From Candidatus Obscuribacteraceae bacterium (GTDB lineage Bacteria > Cyanobacteriota > Vampirovibrionia > Obscuribacterales > Obscuribacteraceae), in assembly GCA_044378815.1 (NCBI GenBank), contig JBIPOV010000007.1, positions 31,259-95,258 of the forward strand: 64,000 nucleotides of DNA. The letters run 5' to 3'. Numbering within the stretch: position 1 is the stretch's first letter; every line of letters starts with the position of its first letter. Below, piece by piece: positions 36,742 to 45,365 of the stretch. Both the position numbers and the translations under genes were made by a program. The notes under the pieces were generated by a model. It saw nothing but the letters and a program-made list of their open reading frames with translations, was not told the origin of the DNA and made no database searches.

Positions 36742-38412
36742 ATGCTCAAAGCTGTGCCACTGCATTCGATACTGTTTGGTGTTCTTCCTGTGCTCTGCGC
36801 CTACTCAAGTTTGGTTGCATATCTTCTGCCTGAAGAATTGGTATTGCCGCTAATTGTGAGCCTGGTTCTTGCTATTGTTGTGCTTTTGCTGTCCTATGCC
36901 TGTCTGCGTAATTGGTGCAGAGCTGGAATCGTCACATCAGCGCTTATGTTGATGAACTTCTCTTTTGATGCCATGGCTGCTCCTGCCGATCGACTATTGA
37001 GCAGCTATGGATTGCCGCATGATGACAGAGTTTACCTTGTGCCTTTTACGCTTTTGATTTTCGTTATCATCTATCTTTTGCTCAAGTCAAAAAGCGATTA
37101 TAAGGCAGTGACATCGTGCCTCAACATAATGAGTTTATTGCTGGTGTCGGGCAATGCTTTCTATATTGCCTGGCATGAGTACAAAATTAGTCTAACCATG
37201 AGCAAGATCTATCAGAATGACGATAGGGAGCTGGCGGCCATTGATCTGAAGCAGGTGCGGCATTCAAACAGTTCAAGCAATTCGAATGAATCACCGGATA
37301 TTTATTACTTTATTCTTGATGCTTTTGGTCGCAGCGATACTCTCAAAGAGATCTATGATTTCGATAACTCGTCGTTTATAGATGGGCTCGAAAAGAGGGG
37401 CTTCATCGTTCCGGCTGGCAGTCGCAGTAACTATCAAATGACCTGTTTGTCGCTGCCTTCGTCTTTGAATATGCAGTATTTAGATTATTTAGAGCCAACA
37501 TTGGGTCGCAATTCTACCGATTACAGCGTGCTCTACCGTCTGATTCAGCGCAATAAGGTGACTTCCTTGCTGAAAAGGCTGGGTTATCGCTATGTCAATG
37601 TACGCTCTGGCTGGAGCCCGACCGACTATATGCCAAATGCTGACGTCAATGTAGGCTTTGCCTATGGCAATGTTTTCCACCTTGCCCTGCTGCGAAACAC
37701 TCTGATAGGTCCTTTGCAGCGTAATTTTGACTTCTTGGGCTGGGCGGCGCGGCAGGTACGTCTTTATGGCCTAAAGAATATTGAGACAATTGCTCAATTG
37801 CAGTTTCAGGCTCAGTCACAGGCTCAGTTGCCGTCTCAATCTCAATCCGGGGCGCAATCGCGTTCCTGCGCTGCCCCGAAATTTGTTTTTGTCCACATCG
37901 TCGTTCCTCATCCACCCTTTCTTTTTAACGAAGATGGAAGCACGTGCCCCCTTGGCGTAATTTCGCTATCTGACAAGTTTGAGAAGGAGAAATATGTCGC
38001 CCAGGTGAAGTTTATCCAGAAACAAGTTCTGGCGATGTTGGATCAGCTGGACAAAAACCCCAGAAAGAAAGTTGTGATCATCCAGGGTGATCACGGCCCG
38101 GCTTTGCAAAATGGTAGTGACGGTAACCCTTCGCCGGCCTTCCTTCGCGAGCGTATGCGCATATTAAATGCCTACCGACTGCCCGATGCTGATTCAAGAC
38201 TTATCTATGATGGAATAACACCGGTAAACTCCTTTCGTGTCATCCTTAACCACTACTTTGAAGCTAAACTTCCGCTGCTAGCCGATAAATGCATCTACTC
38301 TCCCAACCCAACTCCTTTTCAGTTCATTGATGTCACGGCCGAAGTAAGTAAAGACGTAAGTAAGGAAACAACACTCGATACGCCAGCGAAAGTGGCAACG
38401 GATACTCATTAA
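36742..38412 (+). CDS. Polytopic membrane protein with a sulfatase/alkaline-phosphatase-superfamily domain (LTA-synthase or phosphoethanolamine-transferase-like).
   Basis: About four N-terminal TM segments, then PDIYYFILDAFGR... and ...VVIIQGDHGP motifs. Confidence 0.7.
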   Translation: MLKAVPLHSILFGVLPVLCAYSSLVAYLLPEELVLPLIVSLVLAIVVLLLSYACLRNWCRAGIVTSALMLMNFSFDAMAAPADRLLSSYGLPHDDRVYLVPFTLLIFVIIYLLLKSKSDYKAVTSCLNIMSLLLVSGNAFYIAWHEYKISLTMSKIYQNDDRELAAIDLKQVRHSNSSSNSNESPDIYYFILDAFGRSDTLKEIYDFDNSSFIDGLEKRGFIVPAGSRSNYQMTCLSLPSSLNMQYLDYLEPTLGRNSTDYSVLYRLIQRNKVTSLLKRLGYRYVNVRSGWSPTDYMPNADVNVGFAYGNVFHLALLRNTLIGPLQRNFDFLGWAARQVRLYGLKNIETIAQLQFQAQSQAQLPSQSQSGAQSRSCAAPKFVFVHIVVPHPPFLFNEDGSTCPLGVISLSDKFEKEKYVAQVKFIQKQVLAMLDQLDKNPRKKVVIIQGDHGPALQNGSDGNPSPAFLRERMRILNAYRLPDADSRLIYDGITPVNSFRVILNHYFEAKLPLLADKCIYSPNPTPFQFIDVTAEVSKDVSKETTLDTPAKVATDTH

Positions 38413-38504
38413 TCAGGATCTATTAACTATCTCTTAACCGCTCCTTTAATGCCCTGGGTATAGGTTGGTATCAGATAAATAGAGAAGAAAGAGAGAAGAG
38501 AAAA

Positions 38505-39416
38505 ATGAATCCGTTTGAAATACATGGCCCAGCATATCTGGTGTTTTATTTGATAGTTTGCAGCACTGTTTTTATGGTTGCACATGTCCTGAGAGGGAGC
38601 CTTCTAGATCAAGCCGCTGAAGCAAATGATCGCACTCAAAATGTCGATGCTAAAGATGTAGCTCAGACATTAGAACCATACGAAGCGGCCTACCTTGCCG
38701 GTGGGGTTGAGCGAGTTTTCCTCACTGCGTGTGGCAGCCTTGCTCGTCATAACCTGATTGAAATTGACCCTGTCGGGGATAAAGTCAAAATTACTGGCTC
38801 AGCTAATTCTAAGGTTTACGCAGCCTTAGATCGAATAGAAAGGGCATTGATTAGTCGCTGTAGCGGCTCCGGTGCGTCTTTGTCGTCGTGCAAAGCGGCC
38901 GTGACCACTGCTACTGCTGATTTGAAGCGCAAGCTAGCAATGAACGGCTTGATAGTTGATTCAAGTCAGAACACCACAGTTCAGATCTTGCCTGGTTTTA
39001 TCTACTTGTTTGTTGTTCTGCTGTTTGCAGTACCCAAGTTTATAATTGCCAGCCAGACGCACTTGCCCTACACCTTTTTGGTTTTAGAAATGGCAACCGC
39101 TTTGGCCGCTAGTTATTTTCTGTTTTGCGCAGACAATTCAAGAACGGTTAAAGGTGATCGGGTATTGCGAGCCTTGAGTGATGGCAATTCGGCTTTGATG
39201 CTAACCCATGCCACCAATCCATCCAGCCTTTCTCTTAGAGATTGCGCCCTAGCTTATGGAGTATTCGGTGCTATGGCTCTAGCTGGTGATCCCTTTATGG
39301 CTGCTCACGCTGGTTTGCACCGAGCCTATGCCGGTAGCAGCGATTCCGGCAGCGGCTGTGGTAGCAGCTGTGGCAGCAGTTGCGGCGGCGGATGTGGTGG
39401 CGGATGTGGTGGCTAA
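38505..39416 (+). CDS. TIGR04222-like polytopic membrane protein with a C-terminal periodic Cys/Gly/Ser tail.
   Basis: It has an N-terminal TM segment, then LEPYEAAYLAGGVERVFLTACGSLARHNLI, internal TM segments (ILPGFIYLFVVLLFAV, FLVLEMATALAASYFLF), and ends GSSDSGSGCGSSCGSSCGGGCGGGCGG*. Confidence 0.8.
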   Translation: MNPFEIHGPAYLVFYLIVCSTVFMVAHVLRGSLLDQAAEANDRTQNVDAKDVAQTLEPYEAAYLAGGVERVFLTACGSLARHNLIEIDPVGDKVKITGSANSKVYAALDRIERALISRCSGSGASLSSCKAAVTTATADLKRKLAMNGLIVDSSQNTTVQILPGFIYLFVVLLFAVPKFIIASQTHLPYTFLVLEMATALAASYFLFCADNSRTVKGDRVLRALSDGNSALMLTHATNPSSLSLRDCALAYGVFGAMALAGDPFMAAHAGLHRAYAGSSDSGSGCGSSCGSSCGGGCGGGCGG

Positions 39417-39417
39417 C

Positions 39418-40254
39418 ATGACTAGTGTGACTACAATCACCAAACAGAACAAGTCTATTCAGACCATTCCACAGCTAGGAATTGGCTTTCGGCCTGAGCT
39501 TGCTCGCTTCATTGAACAACAGGAAAATATTCAGTTTGTCGAAATCGTCGCTGAAGATTTTATGCATCTAGAGTGTATTCCCCAGGCCTTGCGTGATTTG
39601 CAAAAGCGTGGTGTGACGATTATTCCCCACAGCTTGTCGCTCTCCGTCGGCGGAGCAGAACGAGTTGCAGTAGAACGAATTGAGCATTTGAACAGTCTGG
39701 CTCAGTATTTTGACTCGCCTTTTGTCAGCGATCATATTGCTTTTGTCCGGGCTGGCAATATTGAAAGTGGGCATCTCTTGCCGGTGCGGCGCACCGAGGC
39801 TAACTTAGCGGTGGTCTGCGAAAACGTTCATTCGGTAAAAGCGGGCTTGTCTGTGCCTTTTGTCTTAGAGAATATCGCCACTACTTTTGAATGGCCAGAC
39901 AATGAAATGGATGAGGCCACTTTCGTCACTGCCGTTTTGGAGCAAACCGATTCGCGCTTATTGCTGGATGTGTCAAATCTATTTGCCAATAGCCACAATC
40001 TCAAATTTGATGCCATTGATCATTTGCAGTCTCTTCCCCTTGAACGTCTTGAGTACGTTCATATGGCTGGGGGAATTTTCAAAAATGGTCTCTATCACGA
40101 TAGTCACTGTCATTCTCTTAAAGAGCAGTCGCTCAAGCTCTTAAGCGCACTAAAAGGCATCTGTTCGGTGCCACGGGTCATGCTTGAGCGTGATGATAGC
40201 TTTCCATCCATGGCTGAGTTAGTTGATGAGTTGGAGGCAATAGCCAATGCCTGA
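39418..40254 (+). CDS. DUF692 / MbnB-like multinuclear non-heme iron oxidative enzyme (MNIO).
   Basis: The ATG at 39418 is 1 nt after the upstream TAA. The translation is LGIGFRPELARFI...FVEIVAEDF...IIPHSLSLSVGG...FVSDHIAF...GHLLPV...PFVLENIATTF...LLLDVSNLFANSHN...YVHMAGG, which matches the DUF692 TIM-barrel pattern (GlGlR..., HG..LSlG, SeHl, lEN, LLLDvnN, iHlAG). Confidence 0.85.
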   Translation: MTSVTTITKQNKSIQTIPQLGIGFRPELARFIEQQENIQFVEIVAEDFMHLECIPQALRDLQKRGVTIIPHSLSLSVGGAERVAVERIEHLNSLAQYFDSPFVSDHIAFVRAGNIESGHLLPVRRTEANLAVVCENVHSVKAGLSVPFVLENIATTFEWPDNEMDEATFVTAVLEQTDSRLLLDVSNLFANSHNLKFDAIDHLQSLPLERLEYVHMAGGIFKNGLYHDSHCHSLKEQSLKLLSALKGICSVPRVMLERDDSFPSMAELVDELEAIANA

Positions 40255-40756
40255 AGAAGAAATAGCATTTGAAGCTGGCGCGCAGGCAAGCTTGGACAGC
40301 AAGCGTCTGGCAATGGCGCAGGAGCAAATGGAGCTTATCGAAGCCTTGCTCTGTGGCGCCCCGCACCCGACCGGATTCGAATCTTCCCGCTTGCAATCGG
40401 CCTCTGAGGCCCTGGTGCGGAAAAGAATTCGTTGTATGCAAAGGGCGCATCCCTTGGTGCAAGAGATTTGCTCAGGCGACAACGATTCAATTTTAGAGAC
40501 GCTGCACCAATTTATTCGTGAAAACCCTTCAGTGCACCCTCGGGGGCCATACTTCGATGCCCTGGCATTTCTCTCCTATCGTGGTCTGAATAGTTCCTCC
40601 AGGCTGGATTGGAAGCCGAGTCGCCTGGCTGTTTGGAAAGCTGCCTCGAAAGCTTTGTGGAACGTTTTTTTGAATGCTTTTTGTAAGGCTGGCTGGAGCG
40701 CAATTGGACAGACCAAGTTAGGCAGTCGGTTGAAGCGTTACCGACCAAACTATTAA
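40247..40756 (+). CDS. Hypothetical 169-aa protein. By position it is the MNIO partner, equivalent in role to MbnC, TglI or DUF2063.
   Basis: An ATGCCTGA overlap (8 nt) joins it to the DUF692 gene. I recognise no motif with confidence. The segment RLQSASEALVRKRIRCMQRAHPLV...FIRENPS weakly resembles the DUF2063 N-terminal region. Confidence 0.55.
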   Translation: MPEEEIAFEAGAQASLDSKRLAMAQEQMELIEALLCGAPHPTGFESSRLQSASEALVRKRIRCMQRAHPLVQEICSGDNDSILETLHQFIRENPSVHPRGPYFDALAFLSYRGLNSSSRLDWKPSRLAVWKAASKALWNVFLNAFCKAGWSAIGQTKLGSRLKRYRPNY

Positions 40757-40790
40757 CCAAACTATCTGCGCCAGGTTTATAATCGGCGTA

Positions 40791-42581
40791 ATGCAAATTA
40801 AATTGACAAACCAAGGCTTCATACTTGTGCTCATTCCTCTGGTAGTGCAAGTGGCTTTTTTGGTGGCATTTTTTTGCATGTTGCAGCAGGCTGAAAACGA
40901 GATTATTCAAGAGCAGCAAGCCCGCGATATGGTGACCAGTCTCAACCATATTGCCAGAACTATCTTGGCATCGAGTGCTGGTGTTACTTTGCAAACTCCC
41001 GACGGCGGCACTGTCGGTGACGGTTTTCGGCCTTCCACTCCGGGTGATTCTCTCCCCCGTGAGTTCGCTAAATTACGACGCTTGTCGGTTGGTCATCCTG
41101 AGCAGATAAAGGCTATTGAGCATCTAGAGGTAACCTGGCGCGAGAGCTGGTACGCCATGAAGGAGATCAAAAACTATGCTAAGTCTGGTGAAAATTTTAC
41201 TGTATTAGCCAAGGTGGCGAAGCTGCAAGTAAAGCTGCAGTCTGTCTATCGGGCGATTGAAGCTTGTGCCGTTTACTTTGAACAATTGCAGGCACAAGGG
41301 CCAGTGGTGCAGGAAGAGTTGAGGCAGCAGCAAAAGATAGCGCTATTAGCCTTTCTTTTGGTTGATGTGGCCATGGCGCTGGGCCTTTGCATATACTTTA
41401 GTAAGCAGACTGGTAGTCGCTTGAAGACTCTGATGCAGAATGCTCGCAGTCTGGTGATTGGCAAACCAATTGAGGGGCGATTGACCGGTAACGATGAGTT
41501 GGCTGAGTTGCAACGTACCTTGATCCAAATGGCAGACTCTTTGGTGCAGGCTAGACAAAAAGAACGAGCCATTTTAGACAATGCTGGCGATGTCATTTGC
41601 TCTCTCGATGGTAATAGCTCTATCGTTACTACTAGTAATGCCGCTCAAAAGCTCTGGGGCTTCAGCGAAGATGATTTGCTCGGGCGTCGTTTGGCAGAAT
41701 TAATTGACCCAGCAGATTGGGATGTCACTCGCCAAAAATTGGCAGAAATCAAAAAGACAGGTCAGGCACAAGACATTGAAAATAGAGTCTTGACGGCCTC
41801 GGGAGCGGCCCTGGCTATGCTGTGGAATATCAATTGGTCCGAGTCGGAGAAAAGTTATTTTTGTGTCGCTCACGATATCACCGCAAGGCGGCAACTGGAG
41901 CGCCTCAAGCTAGAATTTATGTCAATGATTACCCATGATATTCGCTCGCCGATAAATTCGGTTCAGGCATTTCTATCAATGTTAGCTGAGAAGTTTTATG
42001 GTGAGTTGAACGAGAAGGGCATGCACCGCCTCAAGTCACTAGAAGAGAGTGTCAACCTTGTCAGTCGGCTGATTTCTGATCTGCTTGATTTAGAGAAGGC
42101 TGAATCGGGGATGCTTGTTTTAGAGCCTATTGATGCTGTATCTACTCAAATAATTGCCAGCTCAATTGATGTTGTACGTTCTATGGCAGAGCGAAAACAG
42201 GTTGCGGTAAGCCAAAAGGGAACTGCATTTGATCTTCTCGTTGATCAAAATAGAATGGTTCAGGTGCTGGTTAATTTGATTGCCAACGCCATCAAGTTTT
42301 CTCCTGCAGGAACGACTGTGACTGTAGAGTGTCGCCAGGAGGGTAAAGAGGCAATATTTGTTGTGGCGGATCAAGGACCTGGTATCAAGCCTGAGTATCA
42401 AGCTCGTATTTTTGATCGCTTTGAACAAATTGTTGGTCGTGGCAAGAGCAGCGCCGGTAGTGGCTTGGGTTTGGCAATTGCTAAAGCAATAGTAGAGAAG
42501 CACAATGGACGTATTGCTTTAGAAAGCGATGGTGAGCACGGCAGCACATTTGTTGTGCGTCTGCCAATTGGTGATGTTTGA
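40791..42581 (+). CDS. Sensor histidine kinase (TM-helical sensor/CHASE3-like, HAMP, PAS, HisKA, HATPase_c).
   Basis: It has the H-box FMSMITHDIRSPIN, the N-box LVNLIANAIKFSP, G-boxes DQGPGI and GSGLGLAIAK, and a PAS segment ILDNAGDVICSLD.... It starts 34 nt after the MNIO-partner gene. Confidence 0.9.
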   Translation: MQIKLTNQGFILVLIPLVVQVAFLVAFFCMLQQAENEIIQEQQARDMVTSLNHIARTILASSAGVTLQTPDGGTVGDGFRPSTPGDSLPREFAKLRRLSVGHPEQIKAIEHLEVTWRESWYAMKEIKNYAKSGENFTVLAKVAKLQVKLQSVYRAIEACAVYFEQLQAQGPVVQEELRQQQKIALLAFLLVDVAMALGLCIYFSKQTGSRLKTLMQNARSLVIGKPIEGRLTGNDELAELQRTLIQMADSLVQARQKERAILDNAGDVICSLDGNSSIVTTSNAAQKLWGFSEDDLLGRRLAELIDPADWDVTRQKLAEIKKTGQAQDIENRVLTASGAALAMLWNINWSESEKSYFCVAHDITARRQLERLKLEFMSMITHDIRSPINSVQAFLSMLAEKFYGELNEKGMHRLKSLEESVNLVSRLISDLLDLEKAESGMLVLEPIDAVSTQIIASSIDVVRSMAERKQVAVSQKGTAFDLLVDQNRMVQVLVNLIANAIKFSPAGTTVTVECRQEGKEAIFVVADQGPGIKPEYQARIFDRFEQIVGRGKSSAGSGLGLAIAKAIVEKHNGRIALESDGEHGSTFVVRLPIGDV

Positions 42582-42587
42582 ATGATC

Positions 42588-43265
42588 TTAACCGTTGCTG
42601 CTGGACAGTTTGTATCCGACGCCATAAATCGTTTGAATTGCTGACTTGTCATCGACATCTATTTTTTTGCGCAAGCGTTTGATCCAGGTGCGCACAGTCT
42701 CCGGGCCAGCTTCTGAATCTGATTTCCAAACATGAGCAAGAATGGCGTCTTGACTGAATACCCGGTCGGGGTGGCGCATAAAGAACTCAAGTAAAGCCAG
42801 TTCTTTTGGTAAGAGCTCCACTTTCTTTCCTGCCACTTCTGCTACCAAAGATTTGGTATTTAAACTGAGGTGAGCCACTTTCAAAACTTCTTCTTCAAGC
42901 TGCGCTGGTCGTCTTAATAGCGCCCTGACTCGAGCTGATAACTCGCGCAGGTCGCAAGGTTTGGTGAGGTAATCATCGGCACCGCTATCAAATCCACTGG
43001 TCTTGTCGTCGATGCTGCCAAGGCCTGTGAGCATTATCACTGGGCTGACACCGCCATTCTTGCGGTAGCTCTGGCAGACCTCTACCCCGGATAGGCCTGG
43101 TAACTGCCAATCTAAAATTATCAAATCAAAGCGAAATGACTTGGTCATCTCCAGACCAGAATCGCCGTCATGGCAGATTTCTACCGTATGATTCTCGCGA
43201 CCTAGCCAATCGGTGACAATGGCAGCGAAGGCCTCGTCGTCTTCAACCAGTAGTATTTTAGCCAT
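42588..43265 (-). CDS. OmpR-family response regulator.
   Basis: It has MAKILLVEDDEAF...DLIILDWQLPGLSG...DDYLTKP and a winged helix (...IQTIYGVGYKL). It is convergent with the kinase and separated from it by 6 nt. Confidence 0.9.
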   Translation of the reverse strand: MAKILLVEDDEAFAAIVTDWLGRENHTVEICHDGDSGLEMTKSFRFDLIILDWQLPGLSGVEVCQSYRKNGGVSPVIMLTGLGSIDDKTSGFDSGADDYLTKPCDLRELSARVRALLRRPAQLEEEVLKVAHLSLNTKSLVAEVAGKKVELLPKELALLEFFMRHPDRVFSQDAILAHVWKSDSEAGPETVRTWIKRLRKKIDVDDKSAIQTIYGVGYKLSSSNG

Positions 43266-43500
43266 ATCTGTTTATGGACACCCCGAGCAGCGACAAAAGT
43301 ATAACCGTTTCACAGTGCTGTCACAATTGCTGCTTAGGATGCAAATACGGAAGTTCGGAAACCAAACACAAACTTCTAGCACAAAAATGTTCTGTACAAA
43401 AAACACCAAGAAGGCGACCTTTGTCGCCGGTCGCAAGACTATAGGTGTTTGAGTTTTACTATCTTCGGCTTTGCCGATATTTTCTATATTTGGAGGTTCT

Positions 43501-44322
43501 ATGAGCGATCATTTACGACCGTCGTTTCAGGCTGAGAATTTTCGCGGAAATGACTCTAGCCCCATGCGTGATGCCGCCTGCCAGGCATATTCTCCGGACA
43601 ATCAAGCAGTTTTTCGAATCGATATTCGCTCGGCGCAGGGTACAGAATCGCTTCCTAGTTTGCAAATAGTATTTGAACAGGACGGCAATAATTCGCGCAA
43701 TTTTTCTGGACGTGGTGAATCCTCTCACTCAGACCAATTTTCACGCAATCCCTGGCACCACGGTCATGAGAATCACTCCCACGGCCATTACCGTATGAAT
43801 GATTCCTCTTCTAGTGGGCCGCGGTTTTTAGGTAATGATCGCACGTTTGATTTTGGTCCGTCATCGCCCTTTGACCGCCGCTCAGGCAAAGACAATTCCT
43901 TTGTGAGTATCAACTCGCCGCCCTGGGAAAGCCAAAGTGATTTCAGTCGGGGCTATGGTAGTAGCGACCGCGGCCGGTACAGAGATGGTTCTCGCTATGC
44001 CTCCCCGCTCGAATTACTAAATCAATTAGCTGAATATTTCCGCCAGAATGATCTGTCTAATTCCCTTGACGGCAATGGCTTTACCTCTGGTCCTGGTTCG
44101 CAGTTTCGTCTAGTTGATAGTACTTATCGCCTCCCTACTCAACTACCAGCCTTGGATGCGTTCAAACCCCCATCTCCTAATGACCTCTTGAGTGGTTTAC
44201 CGACCCCTCCGGGCTTGCCTAAGCCAGGCGACCTGTTATCTCACTTACCAACCCCTCCTGGTCTACCTTCGCCTAAGAATATCTTTGATAAGTTGCCAAA
44301 TCCGTTCAAGCTATTCGGTTAG
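43501..44322 (+). CDS. Hypothetical low-complexity protein (Ser/Gly/Arg/Asp-rich) with a C-terminal LPTPPGLP repeat.
   Basis: A strong RBS (ggaggttct) precedes the ATG at 43501. The C-terminus is LLSGLPTPPGLPKPGDLLSHLPTPPGLPSPKN. Confidence 0.6.
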   Translation: MSDHLRPSFQAENFRGNDSSPMRDAACQAYSPDNQAVFRIDIRSAQGTESLPSLQIVFEQDGNNSRNFSGRGESSHSDQFSRNPWHHGHENHSHGHYRMNDSSSSGPRFLGNDRTFDFGPSSPFDRRSGKDNSFVSINSPPWESQSDFSRGYGSSDRGRYRDGSRYASPLELLNQLAEYFRQNDLSNSLDGNGFTSGPGSQFRLVDSTYRLPTQLPALDAFKPPSPNDLLSGLPTPPGLPKPGDLLSHLPTPPGLPSPKNIFDKLPNPFKLFG

Positions 44323-44455
44323 GTTCAAGTCTGATCGAGTCTTGGAGTTGTCCAAAAACAGATATGCACCTCTTGGGAAAGTACAAAAGGTGCATATTTG
44401 ATTGAGTGAACGATTTTCTTGAGTTAGTTACCAACTAACTAACTTACTTACTTAG

Positions 44456-45175
44456 CTATTTTTTGCCGCCAATATATTTGATGATCATGTCGTGCCATTG
44501 CGGCCAATCATGAGCATTTTCGTTATATTCTTCCACCGCGTGCCAGACGCCTTTGTCCCACATCAGTTGTGAGAATCTTTTGTTGTTGCCGTGAAGCGGG
44601 TCTTCAACACCGATTGGAATGATCCAGTCGATTTCGCGAATCTTATGGAGCTTGTCGTGATCGTTTAAGTTTTCGATGTACTCACAGGGGCTGCCTTCTT
44701 TGATGACATCGTCAAAATGGTTGTCGGTCCATTCGTGCACATCGTAAACACCGCTCATGGCGACTACGCGCTTGAAGTGTTCAGGAAAACGCAGTGCTAT
44801 GCTGGCCGAGTGATAAGCGCCAAAGCTGGCGCCAGTAGCGATGGCAAAAGGATTGTCATTTTTTGAGAGTGTAAAGGGCAAGACTTCTTGGACAATATAG
44901 TTTTGATATTGCAAGTGTCTATGAGCGCGATCTGTTGGGTGGGCGTTTTTGTTGAACCAACTTTCGGGGTCAACACTATCGACGCAGAAGACTTGAATCC
45001 AGCCTTCGGAGATGTGATGGCCGAGGGTATTGATCAAACCCCGGTTTTCCCAGTCGTAAAAGCGTCCTTGTGAAGTTGGAAAGACTATGACGCGAGCGCC
45101 ACTGTGTCCGAACTGAAGAAGCTCCATCTCGCGACCGAGAGCTGGGCTATGCCATTTATGATATTCCCGCAACAT
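44456..45175 (-). CDS. Esterase-family alpha/beta hydrolase.
   Basis: The 239-aa ORF has a GxSxG motif (ATGASFGAYHSA) and an N-terminal HKWHSPALGREMELLQFG...VIVFPTS typical of 'putative esterase' proteins. Confidence 0.7.
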   Translation of the reverse strand: MLREYHKWHSPALGREMELLQFGHSGARVIVFPTSQGRFYDWENRGLINTLGHHISEGWIQVFCVDSVDPESWFNKNAHPTDRAHRHLQYQNYIVQEVLPFTLSKNDNPFAIATGASFGAYHSASIALRFPEHFKRVVAMSGVYDVHEWTDNHFDDVIKEGSPCEYIENLNDHDKLHKIREIDWIIPIGVEDPLHGNNKRFSQLMWDKGVWHAVEEYNENAHDWPQWHDMIIKYIGGKK

Positions 45176-45365
45176 TTGCCTTGATTGCCTTTAGCCAGTA
45201 TTGATGCCGAGAAATTGTATCATGGTGGCGCGAGCGTCAAGGGTAACCGCGCGGTTACTAGTGTCATAAGTAACTAAATCGCTATACTTGTTAACGCAAA
45301 TTGTTCATCCTTGTCATGATTGGGGCCATGCTCCTGGCAAGTTTCTCCAGTGAAGTGATTAACCT

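Noticed and set aside
42581-42588. A 6-nt gap between the convergent kinase and response-regulator genes with no terminator.
   Set aside because: The arrangement is unusual, but nothing in the sequence indicates a functional element. It is probably just tight packing, and it is noted under the kinase paralogue finding.
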